This document shows, piece after piece, positions 56,469 through 64,000 of a stretch of 64,000 nucleotides of DNA. Position 1 is the stretch's first letter; each line of letters begins with the position of its first letter. The translations under genes and the position numbers were made by a program. Source of the stretch: Sediminibacterium sp. (GTDB lineage Bacteria; Bacteroidota; Bacteroidia; Chitinophagales; Chitinophagaceae); the NCBI GenBank assembly GCA_044352855.1, contig JBILDC010000012.1:4892-68891 (forward strand). The letters run 5' to 3'. The notes under the pieces are model-generated. The model saw nothing but the letters and a program-made list of their open reading frames with translations, was not told where the DNA came from and did not search any database.

Positions 56469-57872
56469 ATGAAAAACGACAGTTTAAATTCAAGAAGAAA
56501 ATTTCTACAACAAATTGGTGTAACTAGTTTTTTAGCAGCCGCTTCGCCCCTTTCTTCTTTGGCAGCATCTGCGCATGCGGAAGAACGTATGCTAATATAT
56601 AATAGAAAAATTTCATCAAACGATAAGATACGAATTGGCGTGATAGGATATGGCATACAAGGTCACAACGATTTAAGAACTGCACTAAAAGTTCCAGGTG
56701 TTGAATTAGCAGGTATTTGTGATCTATATACTGGAAGGTTAGAAAATGCAAAAGAAGAATTTGGAAAAGAATTGTATACCACTATTAATTATAAGGATTT
56801 ACTCGACAAAAAAGATATTGACGCAGTATTAATTTGCACAACTGATGTTTGGCATGCACGTATTACAATAGACGCCTTAGCAAAAGGGAAGCATGTGTAT
56901 TGTGAAAAACCAATGGTTTATAAAATTAGCGAAGGTTATCCAGTGATAGAAGCTGTAAAAAAATCGGGTAAAGTATTACAAGTAGGAAGCCAAAGAGTAA
57001 GCAGTATTGGTTATGCAAAAGCAAAAGAATTATTGGCTGCAGGAGAAATTGGAGAATTGAATATGGTCAATGCAGTATATGACAGACAAAGTTCTATTGG
57101 TGCATGGGAGTATACCATACCTAAAGATGCAGATGCCATGACCACCAATTGGGACACCTTTATTGAGGCTACCGCTAAAATGGAATTTGATGCCAAAAAA
57201 TTCTTCTGGTGGAGAGCGTATAAAGAAGTGGGCACAGGTGTGGCAGGAGATTTATTTGTGCATTTATTAAGTGGGTCACATTTCATAACCAATTCTTATG
57301 GCCCTGAAAATATTTATAGCACAGGTCAATTTAGTTACTGGAATGATGGTAGAAATTTACCAGATGTAATGACAGGTGTCCTACAATATCCAAAAACTAA
57401 AGAGCATGCTGCTTTCTTAATGACATTACAAGTGAATTTTATTAGTGGTACTGGTGGTCAAGAAGTAATAAGATTAGTGGGTTCTGAAGGGCTTATAGAA
57501 GTAGCTGGTAGTAATCTTACTATAAAACATAGCATAATGCCTGAGGCGCCTGGTTTTGGCGGAGGTGGCGATTCTTTATTTACTTTCTCAAAAAGCATAC
57601 AAGAAGAAATGCAAAAAGACTATGATGCAAAATGGACTTTAGATCAAAGAAAAAGAAAAACAAAAGAAGATATTATTTTCAAAGCACCTATTGGCTATAA
57701 TGCTAATTTAGATCATTTTACAAATTTCTTTGATTCAATTAGAACTGGTAAGCCAGTAATAGAAGATGCGGTGTTTGGATTTAGAGCAGCAGCTCCTGCC
57801 TTAGCATGTAATGAGAGTTATTTTACTAAAAAAATTATCAAATGGGACCCCGTAAATATGAAATTAAGGTAG
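56469..57872 (+). CDS. Tat-exported Gfo/Idh/MocA oxidoreductase
   Basis: SRRKFL, IGVIGYGIQG, KHVYCEKP, DLFVH. Confidence 0.92.
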   Translation: MKNDSLNSRRKFLQQIGVTSFLAAASPLSSLAASAHAEERMLIYNRKISSNDKIRIGVIGYGIQGHNDLRTALKVPGVELAGICDLYTGRLENAKEEFGKELYTTINYKDLLDKKDIDAVLICTTDVWHARITIDALAKGKHVYCEKPMVYKISEGYPVIEAVKKSGKVLQVGSQRVSSIGYAKAKELLAAGEIGELNMVNAVYDRQSSIGAWEYTIPKDADAMTTNWDTFIEATAKMEFDAKKFFWWRAYKEVGTGVAGDLFVHLLSGSHFITNSYGPENIYSTGQFSYWNDGRNLPDVMTGVLQYPKTKEHAAFLMTLQVNFISGTGGQEVIRLVGSEGLIEVAGSNLTIKHSIMPEAPGFGGGGDSLFTFSKSIQEEMQKDYDAKWTLDQRKRKTKEDIIFKAPIGYNANLDHFTNFFDSIRTGKPVIEDAVFGFRAAAPALACNESYFTKKIIKWDPVNMKLR

Positions 57873-57883
57873 CCTTACCTTCT

Positions 57884-59650
57884 ATGAAATTCATTTTTTC
57901 TATTGGCTTACTGTTTCTTTTTTACACCATCAGTATTGCGCAACCATACGCGACTCAACCCCCGAATATAGTTGTCATACTTGCTGATGACCAAGGCTGG
58001 GGCGATCTTGGTCTTACTGGAAATCAGGCGGCATCTACACCGAACATAGATCAAATGGCAAAGCGTGGTGCTTTTTTTAACCACTTTTATGTAAGCCCCG
58101 TTTGCTCTCCAACCCGGGCAGAGTTCCTTACGGGTAGATACCATCTAAGGGGCGGGGTGAATGGAGTAGCTTCTGGTAAAGAAAGATTAAACTTGGATGA
58201 AGTTACCATAGCTGATATTTTTAAAAAGCGTGGCTATGCAACAGGGCTATTTGGAAAATGGCATAATGGTGCGCAAGGACCTTATCATCCAAATGCAAGA
58301 GGGTTTCAAGAATTTTACGGATTTACGATTGGGCATTTAGGAAACTATTTTGATCCTCAATTGCAAATGAATGGAAAAATAGTTCAAGCAAAGGGGTTTA
58401 TCACAGATAATTTAACACAACATGGATTAGATTTTATAGAACAAAACCAAAAAAAACCTTTCCTTGCTTATTTCGCATTTAATACACCACACAGCCCCAT
58501 GCAGGTTCCAGATGAATACTGGCAAAAGTATAAAGATAAAATGCTGGTACAAAAAGGAACATTACCTAATAAAGAAGATATTGAACACACAAAGGCTGGT
58601 TTAGCAATGAATGAAAATTTAGATTGGAATGTAGGTAAGATTATACAATTGCTAGAAAAATTGAATTTAATTGAAAACACCATCATCGTTTATTTTTCTG
58701 ATAACGGCCCTAATGGTAATAGATGGAATGCAGGTATGAAAGGTATCAAAGGTAGCACTGATGAAGGGGGCATAAGATCGCCGTTGATTATCCAATGGAA
58801 AAATACCATCAAAGCATCTCAAAAAATAGAGAACCTATCTGGCAGCATTGACTTATTACCTACTTTACTTGGCTTGTCTGGCGTAGAATACAAAACAATA
58901 AAATCTTTTGATGGAGTTAACTTAACGCCCTTATTAATGGGCCAAAATCCTAGCGCTTTACAAAACAGATTTATACCCACTTATTGGAATGGCAAAACCA
59001 GTATTCGCACAACACAATATCGATTAGATGCCAGCAATCAACTCTATGATATGATTCGTGATACCGCGCAAACAACTGATGTAGCAAAAATATATCCTGC
59101 ATCATACAATGATATTTTATTTAAAAAGAAACAATGGGAAAATGAGGTGGTTGCAGCACTACCTCTCAAAGATGAAAGACCTTTACTCGTTGGTGACCCA
59201 CTATTTATCAATGATGTTTTACCCGCCTCAGAAGCCAATGCGAGAGGTAATATTGTCCGTTCAAGCATTCATCCTAATGATAGTTATTATAAGCAATGGC
59301 GCAGTACAGAGGATAGTATATTATGGGATATAGAAGTACTAGAAAAAGGGGAATTCGAAATTGAATTTTACTACGCTTGTTCCGAAAAAAATATTGGTAC
59401 AAAAATTGAATTAAGTTTTCAAAACAGTTCTGTCACCAAGCCCATTATTGTAGCAAATGATGTGCCTCTTCTTGGTGTCCAAAAAGATAGAGTTAAAAGA
59501 GATGAATCTTTTCTAAAAGATTTTAAACCCTTAAACTTGGGGCGCATTATACTGCCAAAAGGAAAGGGAGTAATGAGTGCAAAAGCAACTATTTTAAATG
59601 CAGCTGATGATTTAGAATTTTATATGATACGATTGCAGCGCATTAAATAA
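57884..59650 (+). CDS. Cys-type arylsulfatase (family S1)
   Basis: PNIVVILADDQGWGD, CSPTRAEFLTG, GKWHNG, SDNGP; ATG at 57884. Confidence 0.93.
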   Translation: MKFIFSIGLLFLFYTISIAQPYATQPPNIVVILADDQGWGDLGLTGNQAASTPNIDQMAKRGAFFNHFYVSPVCSPTRAEFLTGRYHLRGGVNGVASGKERLNLDEVTIADIFKKRGYATGLFGKWHNGAQGPYHPNARGFQEFYGFTIGHLGNYFDPQLQMNGKIVQAKGFITDNLTQHGLDFIEQNQKKPFLAYFAFNTPHSPMQVPDEYWQKYKDKMLVQKGTLPNKEDIEHTKAGLAMNENLDWNVGKIIQLLEKLNLIENTIIVYFSDNGPNGNRWNAGMKGIKGSTDEGGIRSPLIIQWKNTIKASQKIENLSGSIDLLPTLLGLSGVEYKTIKSFDGVNLTPLLMGQNPSALQNRFIPTYWNGKTSIRTTQYRLDASNQLYDMIRDTAQTTDVAKIYPASYNDILFKKKQWENEVVAALPLKDERPLLVGDPLFINDVLPASEANARGNIVRSSIHPNDSYYKQWRSTEDSILWDIEVLEKGEFEIEFYYACSEKNIGTKIELSFQNSSVTKPIIVANDVPLLGVQKDRVKRDESFLKDFKPLNLGRIILPKGKGVMSAKATILNAADDLEFYMIRLQRIK

Positions 59651-59700
59651 AATAGTATTGCACGAACTAAAACTCAAAACTACTTCTTCTTTTGAGTCAT

Positions 59701-60792
59701 CTATTTTTTAAAAGTCGTATTAATCGTTTGTACCAAACCATTTTTTGAATAGTCATGCCCTAGTTGCCAAAACATAATGCCTCCCAACTTATGTTTTATA
59801 ACATAATTCGATTTTGCTTTTATGGATTCTTTGTCATCAAAAGTGGCATAGCTTTTTTCAGTTGCATTATAGGCATAAGGGGCTTGCGCTTCATTGTCCC
59901 AATAAAACTTATATCCAGTATTTTCAGAAATACGATTCGGAAACTCATTGTAGCCAATGAAGTGTTTAAATTTTCCCTTTTGGTATAAACCATTATTTTC
60001 ATCAATTACGCCCTCCCAGGTTCTAGCATAAAATGCCGCACCTATAATTAATTTTTTGGCAGGTACCCCCAAGGATAATAAATATTGAATACAATTATCG
60101 GCCGACTCTTTTTGTTTAGATGTACTAAATAAAGCAGAATGATGTCCAGTGGTGGTTGCATATCCGCTAACCAAATCATAGGTCATCAAATTAACATAAT
60201 CCACATAGGGCATTATATCGCTCCAATTTACCGCATCATTTGCAAATTTTTGAAAACCTCCCGCAGCAAAAGTGATGGTCATTTTTTTACCCAATTCCTT
60301 TCTCAAGGATTTTACTAGTTCAGTAAAATTAGGTTTGTCCTCAGGTGTAAATTTATGATTCGGAAATCCAGCAATAGCGGGGTATTCCCAGTCTAAGTCA
60401 ATGCCGTCAGTACCAAAATAGTCCGTTAAGGATTTAATAGATTTTGAAAAATTAACACGTCCTGCATTAGTACTAAATACGTCCGAACAAGGCTCACATC
60501 CGCCCCATCCACCCAAAGACAATAGTACTTTTAAATCCTTGTTTTGGGATTTCATGGATACCATTTTTTGAATAATGGCGGTATCGTTTGCCCCTCTTAA
60601 TTTTAATTGATCGCCTTGCAAGTGTCCAAAACAATAAATAATATGTGTGAAATTACGCGCGTCAAATGAATCTAGTTTTTCTAAGCTTCCTGCATAATAA
60701 GCAATGACAGCTTTCTTTTGCGCAATACTTGATAAAGAAATAAATAGCAATAAAAATATGGGTAAACCTAAATAAAATAAATTTTTTTTCAT
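59701..60792 (-). CDS. GH18 chitinase
   Basis: SLGGWG, DGIDLDWEYP (DxxDxDxE), NLMTYD, GGIMFW. Confidence 0.95.
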   Translation of the reverse strand: MKKNLFYLGLPIFLLLFISLSSIAQKKAVIAYYAGSLEKLDSFDARNFTHIIYCFGHLQGDQLKLRGANDTAIIQKMVSMKSQNKDLKVLLSLGGWGGCEPCSDVFSTNAGRVNFSKSIKSLTDYFGTDGIDLDWEYPAIAGFPNHKFTPEDKPNFTELVKSLRKELGKKMTITFAAGGFQKFANDAVNWSDIMPYVDYVNLMTYDLVSGYATTTGHHSALFSTSKQKESADNCIQYLLSLGVPAKKLIIGAAFYARTWEGVIDENNGLYQKGKFKHFIGYNEFPNRISENTGYKFYWDNEAQAPYAYNATEKSYATFDDKESIKAKSNYVIKHKLGGIMFWQLGHDYSKNGLVQTINTTFKK

Positions 60793-60875
60793 TAAATCGT
60801 AGAATTTTAGTGATGTTCTTTAATATTAGTGATCTTCATTAATAAAGATAGCTAAGTAGTTGCTTGGTTAAAAAA

Positions 60876-61805
60876 TTATCCCATTGCCTTTCTCAATAGG
60901 TCCACACTTTTTTTCACTCCAGTATGTGGATCTTCTTTGCCTTCAAATTCAATAGATATATAACCATGGTAGTTAACTTTTTTGAGTATTTCAATAATTC
61001 TAGGATAATCAAGTTCGAGTGAATACCACTCCCCGCCTCCATAATATGTTTTCGCTTGAACAAAGCTTGTTTTTGAGGCAATTTTTTCAAGTTTATCATA
61101 TGGGTCTTCAAGAAAATTACCCGTATCCATTAGCAGTCCAAGCCATGGTGAGTTTACCGTGTCGTGCAATTTTAGCATTCCTTCCGGCGTAGATCCAAGT
61201 CCCCAGTGGTTTTCTAGTGCTAATAGAATTCCACATTCCTCGGCTTTTTTAAGACATTGTTGGATACCATCAACACACCATTTGTAGCCATCTTCTTCAG
61301 CGTAGCCTGGTAGCACTGGTTCAATGCCTTTATTTTTCATTAAATCATCGAAAGATTTGATGGTATTCCAGCGTCCTGTATTCAACCTCATGCAGGGTAT
61401 TCCCATTTTGTAGGCCAATTCAATGCAATGGATTGTGTGCGCTACATTCTTTTTTAATTCTTCCTTATCAGGGGTAACAAAACCTTGATGAATAGAAAGA
61501 CAGGTCATGGCAATGCCATTAACAAAAGCATGTTTTTTTAGCATTTGAAGATAGGCATTGTCTTCGCTCTCCATTTGGCGATGCAATACATCAATGCCTT
61601 CTAATCCTAACAAAGCGGCTTGATCTATTACTTTTTGAATAGGGTATTTTTCACCTTTGAAATGCCAATAAGAATAGCTAGAAACGCTAAGCTTAATTTT
61701 TGAAGCATTTTTTGGGGTACTAATATTGTTATCTGATGAATGTAGAGGCATGAACCCCATGGCAGGTAATAGTGTAGCTGCTTGAACAAAATTTCTTCTA
61801 TCCAT
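60876..61805 (-). CDS. Tat-exported sugar-phosphate isomerase/epimerase (xylose-isomerase-like TIM barrel)
   Basis: MDRRNF, LALENHWG, LMDTGNF, ISIEFEG. Confidence 0.88.
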   Translation of the reverse strand: MDRRNFVQAATLLPAMGFMPLHSSDNNISTPKNASKIKLSVSSYSYWHFKGEKYPIQKVIDQAALLGLEGIDVLHRQMESEDNAYLQMLKKHAFVNGIAMTCLSIHQGFVTPDKEELKKNVAHTIHCIELAYKMGIPCMRLNTGRWNTIKSFDDLMKNKGIEPVLPGYAEEDGYKWCVDGIQQCLKKAEECGILLALENHWGLGSTPEGMLKLHDTVNSPWLGLLMDTGNFLEDPYDKLEKIASKTSFVQAKTYYGGGEWYSLELDYPRIIEILKKVNYHGYISIEFEGKEDPHTGVKKSVDLLRKAMG

Positions 61806-62020
61806 AATATATAGTTTTAGTACTTAAATATACTAAATAAATGCAACTAATTTGGTAGAAGATAGTCTATGAAAAAGCAGTTTTTGCGTTTATTAACCCC
61901 CTTTTGTTTAAGAACTGAGGAGGGGGGATAAAACACAATTTTTTGTTAATAATTTATTTGGTTTATATTACAATTTAATTTAAGTTGTGTTTGTAAATTT
62001 TTTAACTAAAACAAAATTAT

Positions 62021-64000
62021 ATGCGAAACAAATTACCTTTCTCAAGGTTAATTAGACTGTTTAGTTTAACTTTTGTACTAACTCTATTTTCAGTGTTTGC
62101 TATGGCTCAGCAAGCTGTAAGTGGTAAAGTCACAGATGCTGAAACTAAATTACCTTTATCCGGAGTGTCAGTATTAATCAAAGGTTCTAATCTTGGAACT
62201 ACAACAGACGCTGAAGGAAATTTTAAATTAACTTTAAATGCCAACCAAAAAACTTTGGCATTCTATTACAATGGTTACCTTGGAAAAGATGTAACAGCTA
62301 CCACTGGAACGCTAAATGTAGCGCTTGACGTGGACGTTAACATGCTACAATCGGTCGTGGTTACAGGTTATTCTGCACAAAGAAAAAAGGATATCACCGG
62401 TGCCGTTGCAGTAGTTTCTGCTAAAGAGCTTCAAGCTACCCCTACAGCAAGTGTAACGCAAATGTTACAAGGAAAAGCTGCTGGTGTGGTGGTTGGTAAT
62501 GACAACTCTCCAGGTGGTGGAACCATGGTTCGTATTAGAGGATTTGGTACGATCAATAATAATAGTCCCTTATATGTAATTGATGGAGTTCCTACGCAAG
62601 GCAACCTCAATCAAATCAACCCTTATGATATAGAGTCAATGCAAGTATTAAAAGACGCTTCTGCTGCCTCTATCTATGGTGCTCGTGCTGCAAATGGAGT
62701 AATCATTATTACTACCAAAAAAGGTAAGGCTGGAGACCCTAAAATTACTTTTGAAATGTATTCGGGTACACAAACCCCCGGTAAGATGCTAGACATGCTT
62801 AACGCAGAAGAACTAGGTAAATATCTATTTAAATCAAATGTGGGAGCAGGCAATAAGCCATGGATTAGTTCTCCATCGGCTCAATATCGCTTCACTGAAA
62901 GTGGAGGAGTGACCATGGCGGACTATATTTTCCCTAACCTTTTTGGTTCAGAACCTGATCCAGCTTCATACACAAATGATATTAATAATCCTGAATTAGG
63001 AAAAACAAGATTTAACATCAATAAAGCTAATAAAGCAGGTACCGATTGGCAGGATGTGATTTTTGATCCCGCTTCTATAACTAATTATCAAATTGGTGCT
63101 TCTGGTGCTACAAGCAAAGCAAAGTATTCCTTTTCGGGAAACTATTTTAAACAAAATGGTATACTTCGTTATACTGATTATGAGCGTTATTCAATTCGTG
63201 CTAATACCGAATTCACACAAGGAAAGTTTACAGTTGGTCAAAACCTAACTTTTTCTTATGACAAAAGAACTGGTATTACTAATAACCAAGAGTCAAACCC
63301 TATAATGCTTGCCCTTCGTATTCATCCAATAATTCCTGTTTATGACGTAACTGGTGGCCCACCAGCACTTGGCGGAACTAATCTTTCTGCTTATAATGGC
63401 TTTGGTGGACCTAGAGGTTTAAATCTGGGAAATGCTACTAATCCATTGGCAGGCTTGTACAGAGACAAGGACAACAATACACAGGGGACCCATGTATTTG
63501 GCAATGCATTTGCTGAAGTGGCCATTTTAAAAAACTTAAAGGCGCGTTCTAGTATTGGAGTTGAGTATAATAATTTTAACCGCTCAGAATACTTCATTAG
63601 AAATATTGAAGCAGCAGAACCAAGAAATACCAATGGTCTGAATGTATTCAATAATTTTGATAACTCATGGACATGGTTTAATACATTAAACTACAATACC
63701 ACCTTAAAGGATGCACACAATTTTAATGTGCTTGTAGGAACGGAAGCGGTGAGTACTTATGCATTTGGTTTTAGTGCTAGCAGAAGTAACTTCGCATTCG
63801 ATGATCTGGGTTATCGTTATCTTAACGCAGGTTCTGCTGCAGGTCTAGCCAATGCTGGTACCGGCGCAATTAGAACTAGATTGTTTTCTCAATTCGCAAA
63901 AGTGAATTATGATTATAACAATTTCTTGTTAGGTGACTTCACCCTTCGTAGAGATGGTACTTCTCGTTTGGCTGAAGCAAATCGCTACGGAGTTTTCCCT
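62021..64000 (+). CDS. SusC/RagA TonB-dependent receptor, 3'-truncated
   Basis: ATG 62021; VSGKVTDAET...LSGVSVLIKGSNLGTTTDAEG; VVVTGYS; PLYVIDG; LKDASAASIYGARAANGVIIITTKKG. Absent from the ORF track because there is no stop in the window. Confidence 0.95.
   Translation, partial: MRNKLPFSRLIRLFSLTFVLTLFSVFAMAQQAVSGKVTDAETKLPLSGVSVLIKGSNLGTTTDAEGNFKLTLNANQKTLAFYYNGYLGKDVTATTGTLNVALDVDVNMLQSVVVTGYSAQRKKDITGAVAVVSAKELQATPTASVTQMLQGKAAGVVVGNDNSPGGGTMVRIRGFGTINNNSPLYVIDGVPTQGNLNQINPYDIESMQVLKDASAASIYGARAANGVIIITTKKGKAGDPKITFEMYSGTQTPGKMLDMLNAEELGKYLFKSNVGAGNKPWISSPSAQYRFTESGGVTMADYIFPNLFGSEPDPASYTNDINNPELGKTRFNINKANKAGTDWQDVIFDPASITNYQIGASGATSKAKYSFSGNYFKQNGILRYTDYERYSIRANTEFTQGKFTVGQNLTFSYDKRTGITNNQESNPIMLALRIHPIIPVYDVTGGPPALGGTNLSAYNGFGGPRGLNLGNATNPLAGLYRDKDNNTQGTHVFGNAFAEVAILKNLKARSSIGVEYNNFNRSEYFIRNIEAAEPRNTNGLNVFNNFDNSWTWFNTLNYNTTLKDAHNFNVLVGTEAVSTYAFGFSASRSNFAFDDLGYRYLNAGSAAGLANAGTGAIRTRLFSQFAKVNYDYNNFLLGDFTLRRDGTSRLAEANRYGVFP

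Noticed and set aside
63391-63651. 86-aa minus-strand ORF and other short ORFs overlapping enzymes on the opposite strand
   Set aside because: Antisense to SusC or other well-supported genes; no independent evidence.

Overview
AT-rich bacterial chromosome segment from a member of Bacteroidota. This rests on T9SS C-terminal domains, a SusC gene and TAnnTTTG -7 promoters; a Chitinophagaceae/Sediminibacterium-like free-living aerobe is my inference only. Layout: (1) 1-22.4 kb, a co-oriented cluster of Sec-exported, repeat-rich, phage-tail-fibre-like proteins, small T9SS-CTD proteins and LamG tip-like proteins whose shared terminal domains suggest a base-shaft-tip surface fibre. (2) 22.4-29.3 kb, cytochrome c/YceI/beta-barrel and metal-related genes. 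(3) 29.4-38 kb, sulfatases, FGE, an SSS transporter, a DHDPS-like aldolase and a BNR sialidase-like enzyme. (4) 38-45 kb, four MEVHHPHH paralogs and accessory genes next to a tRNA(CAU). (5) 45.4-47.9 kb, core genes (beta-barrel, hflX, Rieske) and tRNA-Asn. (6) 47.9-55.3 kb, an integrase-less array of 1-3-gene cassettes separated by a recurring ~77-bp element ending in the tRNA-Asn 3' end plus a terminator. (7) 55.5-64 kb, amino-sugar/sulfated-glycan genes and the start of a SusC. The two strongest candidates for undescribed systems are the modular fibre (1) and the tRNA-anchored cassette array (6). Family names come from motif recognition by eye; no searches were run.
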